IMG/VR virus record: IMGVR_UViG_3300005690_000022
Location: 1,653 to 65,652 of that record
DNA length: 64,000 nt
Strand: one strand, 5' to 3'
DNA from: a virus
Below are positions 10,318 through 20,071 of the stretch, piece after piece (within the stretch, counting starts at the first letter, position 1; each line of letters starts with the position of its first letter). The notes under the pieces are model-generated. The model saw only the letters and a program-made list of their open reading frames with translations. It did not search any database and was not told where the DNA came from. Position numbers and translations under genes: made by a program.

Positions 10318-13011
10318 ATGCCACGTTCAAACAAACGAAGTAGAGCAAAGGGTTTGCCTCCGCGTCTACAACTTCAAAACAGAGAGAATGCCGGATCTTC
10401 AACAAACACATTTTGGGACGATCGAAGTGCCATTACTTTTGCGACTTATCCTTCAAGTTCAAATACTTGGAAAGATGATTTGTGGCTTTACTTCAAAATG
10501 AATAGTGATAATTCCCTTTCGGAAAGAATTGGAAATCCCGGAACAAAATCTTTTGAACAAAACTTCAAAGTTGAATATTTTTCTCCAAGTTTCTTGCCGA
10601 GGTGTTTGAGTGTGCAAGCTGAAGAAGCTTTGGTTTCCGGAAGTGTTTTCCTGTATCAGCAGTTTACACAAATAACAACAAGTATTCAAAGAAATCAATA
10701 TCCGGATTACGCATACACAAAAGACGATTTAGGATTGAACTTCAATTCTTTTGGAAAACTTGATCGTACCCCTCGTTTTTTTTGGAATAATCATGAAGAT
10801 AATGACAATTTCAATATTCAATTCATAAACACAGAAGATCAAATCGATCTATCCAGATCTGATTTGAGTTTCACTGTTTGGGTAAAACCTGAAGAAGCCT
10901 TCGGTGATGGAGAAGGATATATTATTTATCGCACCGACGAATTCAACATTCAAATGGGAGGTGTAGAAGCGGGAGGAGCATCACCTTATGTTGCTTTCGT
11001 TGTTGTCGATTCTAATTCCGGCGGCTCTATTTCTATAATCAAAAATCTTCCAAGATTTTCTTCAAATCAAAATGACTGGATGCATATTGCAGCCGTTTAT
11101 CATTCCGGATCTTCTCCGTCTTTGGATCTTTATATAAATGGAGAAACAGATTTTGCAACACAAAATCTTTCTTTTGGAACTTTTGTTGAGATTGCAAACA
11201 TCACAGAACCAATTTGGTTTGGAAGAAATCCGGACTCCGAGACAAATCGCTGGGGTGGTTATCTGAACGAAGTTGCAATTTTTGGTAAGGCTCTTTCAGC
11301 CGAAGAAGTTAGGAAGATATACAACTGTCGCTCTTCCTTGGTTTTGGATGAACAAGGTGGTGTTGTTTACCCTATTGGTTTGAATACACAAAATCAGTGG
11401 ATCAATAGCACAGAATTCACTTCTTCAATGATTGTTCCAAATGCTCGCGCAACCGTAAATGTAGCAGATGGTTTTGTTTCATTTTTTGAAGAGAAAGAAA
11501 CATTGCCATTTTCTGATGGTAATCAATATGCCTCTGACGGCAAATCAAATGGATTGGATTTTTTCGCTACAGGATCATCCGTCATTGATGCTGGTGAAGG
11601 GTTCCAAGAACCCCTTTGGTCAAAGACTGTTCTTGAGTTTGATTATGAAGTTCTTCATACAAGTTCTGTAGGATATCGTTCCGCTTCAAATGGAAATAGT
11701 GAAGGAAACGATTATGCGATGATGTATTGGAACCCGGATGCTCAAGCATTTTGGGGAGTCGGAAGCAATAGAAGTTGGAATTACTACCAAGATATTTATG
11801 ATACTTTTGTCGGATTTCTAGGTGACAGTGAAGCTTCTCAAGTCACCGCCCAAGCCTATTTGTCTGATAAGGCTGTTGGATTCTTGCCATTTGTTCCGAA
11901 CGTCGCCAACTCGCAATATGCAACATACTTCAGTCAAGCACCGATCAGTGAATTCGGATTTCCATTTGATGACAAATATCATATTCCATACAATTCCTTT
12001 GGATCCAATTACGCACCCGGATCTTCTTCTATTCTTATTCCCTTGACAGACAAAATCAAACAACCTTTCGTTCTTGAAAAAGTCGTTGTTGAGTTCAGTT
12101 GCTCTCATTTCTCCAGAGATTATTGGGCACAAGGAACAGGTGGTTCTCATGGTGAAGCAATCAATACGTTTTTCATTCTGAATCAAAGAAAAATGAAAAA
12201 CTATTTTTCTGGAACGATTGCTCCAACAATTGATCTTGCCTCGGGAACTTCCGTAAAAACGGAATATCTTGTTTCGTTTGCTGCCACAACTTCATCATTG
12301 GATTTGGTTTCATTCAATCAGTTTGCTTTCTTGGCAGCTCCAACAGCTTCCATTGATACGGATAGTGCTTGGATTGCTGCAAAATCAGCTTTGAATTCAA
12401 GAAATATTCCATATTTCTTATGTGGACAAGATAATGATTGGGAAAGAATTAGGTTTGATTACACTGGTTCCATTGTTATTTCCGGATCTGCAAACCTATG
12501 TTATCCAACTCAAGATATTCAAAGAACCATTCAAACTATCGCTCCTGGCGATAGCATCAAAATGACTTTGCCTGGTCCTGTTATCGCAGGCGCTCATAAT
12601 GAAATTCAAAACCCAGGAAGCTATGGTGGTCGATCAGGTGTTGGGCAGTATGGCTCTGCTGACAGTAGAAACCTTTTACGAAATGTTGTTGGTATTGAAC
12701 GATACAACACCACCGATGTTCTTACCGGAACTGAAAAGGTTTATCCGAAACTCCAACAAGCGACACCTTACGTTTTGCAACCAACAGATAACTTGATCTT
12801 TGGATTCCAGGGTGCTTACATTGGTAAGAGTGAATATACAGACGCATTTCCATTCACTTCTTCATCTGTAAACCGTGGTCCTACACTTTCTATCCTTCCG
12901 GGTAAGTTCAAGGTAAGATTGTATGGTTCTTACGTTGTAGAAGGAAAAGAATATCACGAAACACTTGATCAAATACTTACTTCTAATACCATTCGAAAGG
13001 TAATTGAATAA
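10318..13011 (+). CDS. Tail-associated protein with LamG domain
   Basis: SFTVWVKP..WMHIAAVY..LYING..GYLNEVAIFGKALSAEEV. Confidence 0.65.
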   Translation: MPRSNKRSRAKGLPPRLQLQNRENAGSSTNTFWDDRSAITFATYPSSSNTWKDDLWLYFKMNSDNSLSERIGNPGTKSFEQNFKVEYFSPSFLPRCLSVQAEEALVSGSVFLYQQFTQITTSIQRNQYPDYAYTKDDLGLNFNSFGKLDRTPRFFWNNHEDNDNFNIQFINTEDQIDLSRSDLSFTVWVKPEEAFGDGEGYIIYRTDEFNIQMGGVEAGGASPYVAFVVVDSNSGGSISIIKNLPRFSSNQNDWMHIAAVYHSGSSPSLDLYINGETDFATQNLSFGTFVEIANITEPIWFGRNPDSETNRWGGYLNEVAIFGKALSAEEVRKIYNCRSSLVLDEQGGVVYPIGLNTQNQWINSTEFTSSMIVPNARATVNVADGFVSFFEEKETLPFSDGNQYASDGKSNGLDFFATGSSVIDAGEGFQEPLWSKTVLEFDYEVLHTSSVGYRSASNGNSEGNDYAMMYWNPDAQAFWGVGSNRSWNYYQDIYDTFVGFLGDSEASQVTAQAYLSDKAVGFLPFVPNVANSQYATYFSQAPISEFGFPFDDKYHIPYNSFGSNYAPGSSSILIPLTDKIKQPFVLEKVVVEFSCSHFSRDYWAQGTGGSHGEAINTFFILNQRKMKNYFSGTIAPTIDLASGTSVKTEYLVSFAATTSSLDLVSFNQFAFLAAPTASIDTDSAWIAAKSALNSRNIPYFLCGQDNDWERIRFDYTGSIVISGSANLCYPTQDIQRTIQTIAPGDSIKMTLPGPVIAGAHNEIQNPGSYGGRSGVGQYGSADSRNLLRNVVGIERYNTTDVLTGTEKVYPKLQQATPYVLQPTDNLIFGFQGAYIGKSEYTDAFPFTSSSVNRGPTLSILPGKFKVRLYGSYVVEGKEYHETLDQILTSNTIRKVIE

Positions 13012-14246
13012 TGCCTGTATTCGACCAGTTTGATATTGAAAGTAAAAACAGTTTCCAAAGCTCATCTGTTGATAGAGTTCTCTTTGGTGATTTTCTATTC
13101 AATCAAACTCCAAGTATAAGTGGTGATCCTCGATATGATGTCGGTGGAAAAATAGACGGACTAAATCTTAGCGTTTTTCAAGACTATTATGTTCCATACT
13201 GGTTACGATCTGCTTACGAAACAGGATCGTTTATTGGAAGTTTCACCAGAAATACTTCATTTTTTGACGGTGATGAATACATTGCTGATACATTTATCCC
13301 ACATCCTGTTTCTATTCTGAGAGTGAATGCTGCCGTTCCGGCTCTTTTTACTACTTCTTCAACAACTCCTTATGGTGGAGAGCGTTGGGGTGTTCAAGGA
13401 CTTGGAAGACAGGGGTTTGAAATTGCTTATAGCACAAACCCAATAGACGACTCATCTGACCCGACTTTTGACGGGGTTGACTGTAACTGGAGAGATGAAT
13501 TTCCGTTTCAAACGAAATATCGTCTTCTTCAAAAGACACTTCGTCAAGATGCTTCTCTCGCAGTCGAACAAAGACTTGCAGTTGATAGTTCAGGAACTCC
13601 TGTGTCCCCAGCATCAGGCTCAAATTTTCTTGCGCGACTCATAATCTATGCCGAGAGCAACACAGTTGTTAACTCGATTCCTGTATTCCTCTGTTCAATG
13701 ATTACATCTGCAACATCATCCTTGGTTTGGAAAGAAAAAGAACTTGGTTCTCCATCTTGGCAAGACCTTTCTAAGACTTTCTATGGAATCGGCGATGGTG
13801 GCAAACTTAGCAACAGAAACGGCGTCAATGAAGGCGCTCAAGCAACGACCGTTATTGACATTGGACGATATCAACCAACCTTCGGTTTTCAGTACAAACC
13901 TGGGTCGTCAGCACTTGCAAACTCTTCGTACGTTTCCGTTCCAATCATCCGCGGCTTCAAGTATGGGCTTGAAAGCTCCATTGCCAAGCCAGTCGGTGCT
14001 CGCTTCTCAAGAACCCATTTTGGTTACTTGCGCGACATGTTAGAGCAACGCCAAGGTTGTGCGACCATAAACAAAAATACCGGAGCAAGTATTTATGCTC
14101 CGGTATCCATCACTTTTGTTTCGGGTTCGACCAGTTATCAACGTGCTGTCTGGTATGCTACCTCTTCAACTGCCACCGATTTCAATCCACGTGATAGTGG
14201 AATTTATGACTATCTGTACCGCTCAGGACAACCGTTCTTTGATTGA
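13011..14246 (+). CDS. Hypothetical structural protein
   Basis: 411 aa; IRGFKYGL...RFSRTHFGYLRDMLEQR; TAATG coupling. Confidence 0.6.
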   Translation: MPVFDQFDIESKNSFQSSSVDRVLFGDFLFNQTPSISGDPRYDVGGKIDGLNLSVFQDYYVPYWLRSAYETGSFIGSFTRNTSFFDGDEYIADTFIPHPVSILRVNAAVPALFTTSSTTPYGGERWGVQGLGRQGFEIAYSTNPIDDSSDPTFDGVDCNWRDEFPFQTKYRLLQKTLRQDASLAVEQRLAVDSSGTPVSPASGSNFLARLIIYAESNTVVNSIPVFLCSMITSATSSLVWKEKELGSPSWQDLSKTFYGIGDGGKLSNRNGVNEGAQATTVIDIGRYQPTFGFQYKPGSSALANSSYVSVPIIRGFKYGLESSIAKPVGARFSRTHFGYLRDMLEQRQGCATINKNTGASIYAPVSITFVSGSTSYQRAVWYATSSTATDFNPRDSGIYDYLYRSGQPFFD

Positions 14247-14250
14247 ACGA

Positions 14251-14508
14251 TCAGGAATCTTGACTCTCAACGAGAGTCTCCAAAACACGAACGCCCTCTC
14301 CGTGACCAACTGCGTTTCCATCACTGTCGATGAACGTTTTTCCGATGACTCTATTTTCGGTGTGGTCAGTTGACCAGATAATGTATTGAATTTCTCCGGT
14401 ACGCTCATTCACAGTTAGCGAACGAAGGAATGCTCCACGAGACAACCATCCTCGCGCCGCTTCGAGAATGTCCTCATGAATCAGCTTACCAAACACTTTC
14501 TGTTCCAT
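14251..14508 (-). CDS. Hypothetical protein
   Basis: MEQKVFGKLIHED start preceded by GGAGGA Shine-Dalgarno. Confidence 0.55.
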   Translation of the reverse strand: MEQKVFGKLIHEDILEAARGWLSRGAFLRSLTVNERTGEIQYIIWSTDHTENRVIGKTFIDSDGNAVGHGEGVRVLETLVESQDS

Positions 14509-14521
14509 CAAATCCTCCGGT

Positions 14522-15085
14522 TCAATCCCTACAGACAGGGCAGGTCGTCTTCCAAAGAGCCTCGCCAAGATTACACTCGTCGAAGTTCTGAACGCCAAAG
14601 TTTTCCTCGGTGCATCGAGCACACTCATCGATTTCATTTCCACGCTCGATCCATGAAATCGCAGGCTCAACATCCGCAAGGAAAATCCATTCCTGAACCC
14701 AACCAACGCATTCAGTATGATCCGAAGGGCGTGCGGGATAAGACATGCATGTCCACGTATTGCAATACGAAGATGCACTCGTCATCATTCCGTCAACCAC
14801 GCACGAAGCCCAAGCCTGCTGGACCTCAAGACAGGGTCCGCACTCAAGGTTTGCTTCTGCGCAATCCAGAACTGCTTGATACTGCGGCTCGCAAGAATAG
14901 CGGTCCGTTGCCTCTTCCCAACGCTGGCACGTGACCTCGCATGAAACCCCGTCCGCCACCGAACAAAGTGCTCCCTGCTCGCAGAGCGAAAGACAGTCGG
15001 GTTCGACGGGAAGAACGCTTGCTGAACAAGCTCCCAGCGCAAACACCACCGAAAACACCATGAAAATCGAATCGAAACGCATCAT
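14522..15085 (-). CDS. Cys-rich putative lipoprotein
   Basis: Signal peptide with lipobox LGAC, then repeated CxxxC motifs. Confidence 0.6.
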   Translation of the reverse strand: MMRFDSIFMVFSVVFALGACSASVLPVEPDCLSLCEQGALCSVADGVSCEVTCQRWEEATDRYSCEPQYQAVLDCAEANLECGPCLEVQQAWASCVVDGMMTSASSYCNTWTCMSYPARPSDHTECVGWVQEWIFLADVEPAISWIERGNEIDECARCTEENFGVQNFDECNLGEALWKTTCPVCRD

Positions 15086-15237
15086 TTTTTCCTTTGGTTT
15101 CGGGCTCTTTTTCCAAGCCCTTATCTGATGCTTCCAATATAACAAATCGGGCTTGGATTTTCAATTAATGCCAGCCGATTTTCTAAACTCACTTTTCCCG
15201 GCAAAATTTGATGTTTGTTCAGCAGTCATATTCAACC

Positions 15238-15453
15238 TCAAATGTCGGTGACGCGCAGAGTTCGACCCGTGCTTAGCTCAACCCTCAAGCCCCACTTCCA
15301 CCGGAATGACCATGTCAACGTCCGGAAAATTTCGATCGAAACAATATGGTCAGGGAGGATGTAGCACGAGTTGATACGCAAGTAATTAAGGGTCTTTTCT
15401 CCCTTCGCCTTGCAGGTCGCCGTGACAAACTTTTCACACTCTTCTTTGGTCAT
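15238..15453 (-). CDS. Hypothetical protein
   Basis: GGAG upstream of MTKEECEK. Confidence 0.45.
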   Translation of the reverse strand: MTKEECEKFVTATCKAKGEKTLNYLRINSCYILPDHIVSIEIFRTLTWSFRWKWGLRVELSTGRTLRVTDI

Positions 15454-15539
15454 ATTGACTCCAATCAACTAGAACTGACTCTTCAGTTTGCTCAAAAACC
15501 TGCTGCCAACGAGGGTGTCGTTCAAATTTGCTATAGAAT

Positions 15540-15785
15540 TCACCGCAGGACCTCATAATTCCATGTGGCTTTCTGTGCCAAAAGCCATCTAAGCTCATTT
15601 AGAACCAGAATGACATGCTCGGTCTGCCTAAACTCAAGAGTGAGTGTGTTTCCTTCATATACAGGTGTAAACACTTGAAGAGGTATGAAATTGCGCTTTT
15701 TGAGCAACGTGCAAATCTTTTTATACACCTCAGAAAGCTCTGCTCTTGCCTGTTTATGCAGAGGGGATCGAATAATGATTTTCAT
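15540..15785 (-). CDS. Hypothetical protein
   Basis: ORF in minus-strand island. Confidence 0.45.
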   Translation of the reverse strand: MKIIIRSPLHKQARAELSEVYKKICTLLKKRNFIPLQVFTPVYEGNTLTLEFRQTEHVILVLNELRWLLAQKATWNYEVLR

Positions 15786-15878
15786 TCAGTTGCCTTCGGT
15801 TTATTGGAACCTTTAGATACTGCCGAAACATCATGACTGTTTCGAAACTTATTCCACGCCGGAAGCTTTTCCAGCTCC

Positions 15879-16238
15879 TCAACTGTTAGGAACATTGTTC
15901 TCCATTTCTTCGAAACGAAGCCAGCTCCGCATGAAACTTCGAATGTTCTGCACACCTACGGGATTGGCGCTGTGAGCTTGGAAATCCGGGACACGCGGAC
16001 GCTTGTTTGCGTCCCACCATTCTTGGAGCCACTTGAGAAACTCCATCGTCGTCGAGCATTCTCCATTCACAACACCAAGGTCGTGATCGAGAGACATTTC
16101 AACAGGCATTCCAAGCTTTTCGACAAGCTTTTTTGCCTCTTCAACAGAGCGAGCCACGCGCCACTCAAGATGACCTTCCTCGCCGATATAGGCAAGGTCA
16201 CGTTCGTCATCCAAAAAAAGTTTCCAAAGAAGTCTCAT
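15879..16238 (-). CDS. Cyclic-phosphate-processing receiver-like domain protein
   Basis: LFLDDER...MSLDHDLG...HSANPVG signature. Confidence 0.75.
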   Translation of the reverse strand: MRLLWKLFLDDERDLAYIGEEGHLEWRVARSVEEAKKLVEKLGMPVEMSLDHDLGVVNGECSTTMEFLKWLQEWWDANKRPRVPDFQAHSANPVGVQNIRSFMRSWLRFEEMENNVPNS

Positions 16239-16262
16239 GTTTATTGTCTCACCAAGTTTTGG

Positions 16263-16517
16263 TCAATCCGACTCCCGCACCCCATAAATCTCGCGGTGAA
16301 GTTCGTCATATTCCGTGCAAAGGTCGTAAATGATCCTCTTTGCACTCTCCTCAAGTCGGAGAAGCCGGTCCCTATCGCCAGCCTCGAAAAGCTCAGCAAC
16401 AATCCCGTCCCCGTACGCGTTCGATAGATGATTACGGGCTCGTTGAGCGCATTCAATCTTGTCCTTCAACTCGTCGAGGCGGAGCATCTTCTCAGTTTCG
16501 GTTGCGTTCGGATTCAT
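16263..16517 (-). CDS. Hypothetical protein
   Basis: MNPNATETEKMLRLDELKDK; abuts neighbours. Confidence 0.5.
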   Translation of the reverse strand: MNPNATETEKMLRLDELKDKIECAQRARNHLSNAYGDGIVAELFEAGDRDRLLRLEESAKRIIYDLCTEYDELHREIYGVRESD

Positions 16518-16518
16518 G

Positions 16519-16971
16519 TCACCACCCAACCTTTTCGAAATCTTCCTCGAAGAAAAGGAACGAAAGCTTCTGCTCACCCTCTTCCGTCTCCAGAAAGTAG
16601 CCGCCCTTTGGAAGCTTCCAACCTGGCGAAAGATGGTTCTGAACGATCAGGCATCGAACGAGAGGATGCTCCAAGCGACGAATGTCATCGGCAGCAAACT
16701 TCGCTCCACCACCGTCCATCACCTTCACACGAACGTGAACCCATGTTCCCACGTCGTAAGGTTCGTCCGGTGGACGAACGTGCTCTTCGCGCACACCTTC
16801 TGCCTTACGCACGTCCGCGAAAAGCTCCAAAAGGCGCTCGTCGATTTGCTGTTGCGACTTGATCAGAGCACGCGCTCGACTCTGGAATCGTTCGTCACTG
16901 ACGAGAGCAAGTGCCTCTGCCACTTCGAGGCTCGCCTGTACTGCCTTCTTTAGCTGTCGACTGTTTCGCAT
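16519..16971 (-). CDS. Hypothetical protein
   Basis: MRNSRQLKKAVQ; GC-rich codon usage as in the rest of the island. Confidence 0.55.
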   Translation of the reverse strand: MRNSRQLKKAVQASLEVAEALALVSDERFQSRARALIKSQQQIDERLLELFADVRKAEGVREEHVRPPDEPYDVGTWVHVRVKVMDGGGAKFAADDIRRLEHPLVRCLIVQNHLSPGWKLPKGGYFLETEEGEQKLSFLFFEEDFEKVGW

Positions 16972-17002
16972 GGTTTTCTTTCGAATGGAATCGTTAGAAC
17001 GT

Positions 17003-17203
17003 TCACTCACCCGGATCCGAAGATGATTCGGCAAGCTCTTCGAGCAAGAGGCTTTGCCAATCTTCACTCGTCAGCTCGCGATAGTCTCGGGGACGCATCT
17101 TTTGCGGTCCCTTCTGCTTCGAGCGGAGGAAGCCCTTCATGTCTTCGTGGTCCCGGCTATCACGCTTCGAGAACCGCTGTGCCTTGCTAACCGTCTTTCC
17201 CAT
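17003..17203 (-). CDS. Hypothetical protein (leaderless)
   Basis: ATG 7 nt after TATATT -10 of a TTGAAA-N17 promoter. Confidence 0.6.
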   Translation of the reverse strand: MGKTVSKAQRFSKRDSRDHEDMKGFLRSKQKGPQKMRPRDYRELTSEDWQSLLLEELAESSSDPGE

Positions 17204-17397
17204 GATTACAATATAACAGGCTGGAGGTTGATTTTCAACTAATGCTTGTCGAATTTTTTGTTTTAGTTACGCTGCAATTACAGTGATGTTGAACAGGAGG
17301 TTGGGGTTTACAGACCCCACCAATTACAGCAAGGCTGGAACACAGGAACATCCCGAATCCCAGCCTGCCGCATCTAAGCTATCGTTTTTGTTTTGGA

Positions 17398-18045
17398 TCA
17401 GAGGACGCGACCGTCCAGACCGTCCGTCACCGCAACATACGAGCTTGCAACGAAAACCGTCTTCTCGTAGCTCGTGATCTTCTTTCCGTACTTCGTGGTG
17501 ATTTCCTTCCCACGAATGACACCGTCATCGGAAGGAAGAGCGAGTCCGACACAAGGACCGTAACCCTTGTCGCCGACCCAAAAAATCTTGCCCACGGTTC
17601 CCTTTGGAACCTTTCGACCCTTCACGACGCGAGCGAAACGACCAGTCTCGATGCGGCGACGTCCTTCCTGAATCCGCCACTCGTCCGAGTCGTAGACGTG
17701 GAGCTTGCTCGCGAAGTCCTTACCACGCAACCAAGCCTGGTAAATCTCCTGAATTTCAGGAGAAGCATCGATGTTGTAGCCCTGGACGTTCGAGTTCATT
17801 CCAAACTCGCTGCACGAAAGGCGAACGAAAGTGAACATGCCCTGGTCGAGCTTGTAAAACTCCTTCCAAGGGGTCGTGTGATAGCGGAAGCTATCCTCGA
17901 TGTTCTCCTCGCCGGTCGGCTGATAGACCACGGCGTACGTGACGTTCGCCCACACGTCACTCATGATTCGCACGTCGTGCTTCGTGACCGTAGCCACGAC
18001 CATGCCAACGTGAAACGACTTGCCATCCTTGGAGGTGATCGACAT
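17398..18045 (-). CDS. Hypothetical protein with SH3/KOW-like C-terminus
   Basis: VVKGRKVPKGTVGKIFW motif; AAGGA SD and upstream promoter. Confidence 0.7.
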   Translation of the reverse strand: MSITSKDGKSFHVGMVVATVTKHDVRIMSDVWANVTYAVVYQPTGEENIEDSFRYHTTPWKEFYKLDQGMFTFVRLSCSEFGMNSNVQGYNIDASPEIQEIYQAWLRGKDFASKLHVYDSDEWRIQEGRRRIETGRFARVVKGRKVPKGTVGKIFWVGDKGYGPCVGLALPSDDGVIRGKEITTKYGKKITSYEKTVFVASSYVAVTDGLDGRVL

Positions 18046-18187
18046 GTTGTTTTCCTTTTCCTTATGCTTCTAAGTTAGCATACCCAAGAGCGATTTTCAA
18101 GAAATAGGAGAACTTTTTTTCAGGCTCCTAAACCCTTGAAATTACAAGGGAAGCTTTCGAAAAGGGTGTCCCCAAATAAGGACACTA

Positions 18188-18631
18188 TTACTTTTTGCGC
18201 TGTGGCAGGACTGCGAAGGGTGCCTTGAACGTCATGAGGTCACTCCCGGTGATCTCGTCCGCGAAGTAGCCGCTTGACGCAAGGTTCTTTTCGTCCTCGA
18301 TATCTTCGAGGATTTTTTGAGCAATTTCGAAGTCTTGCCCGAAATAGGCAACTTCGAGAAGGTCGTGGTCGACATTGAACGTATCACGCATGGTGACGTA
18401 CTTTACGACCACGTAAACAGCGGAATTCAACGCTTCGTTCGCGATAGGCTTCGAGAAAAAGCTCTCGAAATAGCCGCTTCCAAGAGAGGAAGCGTCATAT
18501 TGAGTGTCCTCAACAACGGACACAGCGAAATCGCTGTATTCGTGTGAACGCTCCTCTTCGAGCCAACCCGATCCGTCATCCGTTCGGGAATCGACGGACT
18601 GTCGGTGCCTGCATGTGAAAACGAAATACAT
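18188..18631 (-). CDS. Hypothetical protein (leaderless)
   Basis: ATG 7 nt after TATGGT -10. Confidence 0.6.
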   Translation of the reverse strand: MYFVFTCRHRQSVDSRTDDGSGWLEEERSHEYSDFAVSVVEDTQYDASSLGSGYFESFFSKPIANEALNSAVYVVVKYVTMRDTFNVDHDLLEVAYFGQDFEIAQKILEDIEDEKNLASSGYFADEITGSDLMTFKAPFAVLPQRKK

Positions 18632-18713
18632 TCTCACACCATAACAGAGGTCTGGTCGTTTTTCAAGAAATGGGATCAAATACAGTGTAACTGTAATTCC
18701 GTCTTCACTGTAA

Positions 18714-18977
18714 TCATTGCGATGAAGGATGCTTTTGAAGCAGCTCGATCATGGTTTTCAAAAGATCCAACTCTTTCGCAGAAACCCCGAGCAATTTGAG
18801 CTGATCGAGCTGGTCCCAATAGAAGAAACTCATTCCTTCCACGAACAAAAGCCACAGGGCAATGTTCACCTGATCGGCACAATCCTTCAAAACCTGGCGG
18901 TCGATCTCCAAAGCGTAAGGATCGTTTAGGGCATCCTCAAGGGTCGCGAGGGCATATTCGAGATTTTCTACGGACAT
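18714..18977 (-). CDS. Hypothetical protein
   Basis: AAGGAG SD and TTGAAA promoter upstream. Confidence 0.6.
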   Translation of the reverse strand: MSVENLEYALATLEDALNDPYALEIDRQVLKDCADQVNIALWLLFVEGMSFFYWDQLDQLKLLGVSAKELDLLKTMIELLQKHPSSQ

Positions 18978-19089
18978 AATATTCTCCTTGGTTTAGGCGT
19001 AGCACAGACCGACGCCTTTTTCAAAAAATGCATTCAAATGAAAAGAAGAAAGAAAACCATGAAAGCTGAAACCATAATATTTAGAAGGT

Positions 19090-20061
19090 ATGTCAGGTTT
19101 TCTCGACCCAAAAACAAGGTTTCTCGATACCATTCTAACCGCCGAAGGAAAAAGGCAGTTGGCGGAGGGTCGTTTGCGTGCAGAGTTCTATTCTTTTTCT
19201 GATGCAACAGCAGTTTACAATGAGGATACGATTGTTTCAGGAAGTCTCGAAGCTATTGACAGACCTCAACTGGAAATTTGTTCTCTTCCACAGGATACGA
19301 TAACCTTTGAAGCTGATGATAGCGGTAGACTGATTTCCAAAACTCTTGCAAACTCGTTGTTCGGGATTACATCCTCAACTCTTTCTGTAGCTCCTGGACA
19401 AATCATGATTACTGTGTCTGGCACACAAGAGACACTTACTGGTCAAGCTTACCTTTCTCAAATGGATACTCTGCTTGGAAGTTCTCTTCAAAACTACAAG
19501 CGTTGTCGTATTCTTGGTTCACCAGAATTGATTGATGAAAATCGTGATGAGTTTATCGTTGGACCACTTTCTCCAGAACCATTCATTATCACTGACAATA
19601 ATCCAATTGAAGAAGTGGATCTTCAAGAAGTTGATATCAACCAAGTCGAGGGTTTCTTCCAAGATAAAAGGTTGTCTCATATTCCAAACTTTCAATTCTT
19701 GCCGCCTGTCAACAAGGGACGTCTTGGTTCTTCAACTAATGAACCACTAGGAAACTACGAAAGAATAAATCAGGCACCGATCCTTACTATAGACGAACTT
19801 GAAAATGATTTGGCACCTAGAATAAACAGCGGTTACGGTAGAACAATCTATTTCACTGAGACTTCAAAGAAAAATCGTTTCTTCGCTCAGTTTTTTGAGG
19901 TTGGCGAAGATGGTGAAACTCGAAAGCTTGATGTTATTGATTTTGGTTCTTTTCCCGGAAAAAACTCGGTGGCGAAAAGAGTGCTCTTCGCAGGTAAAGT
20001 CTTCACAGACAACTACGGTGTTGACACATTTGTGAACATGTTCACCATCATTCTCAGCTAA
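19090..20061 (+). CDS. Structural protein (tail/baseplate)
   Basis: GFLDPKTRFLDTILTAEGKRQLA, paralogous to the N-terminus of 28424. Confidence 0.6.
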   Translation: MSGFLDPKTRFLDTILTAEGKRQLAEGRLRAEFYSFSDATAVYNEDTIVSGSLEAIDRPQLEICSLPQDTITFEADDSGRLISKTLANSLFGITSSTLSVAPGQIMITVSGTQETLTGQAYLSQMDTLLGSSLQNYKRCRILGSPELIDENRDEFIVGPLSPEPFIITDNNPIEEVDLQEVDINQVEGFFQDKRLSHIPNFQFLPPVNKGRLGSSTNEPLGNYERINQAPILTIDELENDLAPRINSGYGRTIYFTETSKKNRFFAQFFEVGEDGETRKLDVIDFGSFPGKNSVAKRVLFAGKVFTDNYGVDTFVNMFTIILS

Positions 20062-20071
20062 AGAATTTACC

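Noticed and set aside
14476..18547. Plus-strand ORFs in the GC-rich island
   Set aside because: Shadows of minus-strand genes that carry the SD sites and promoters
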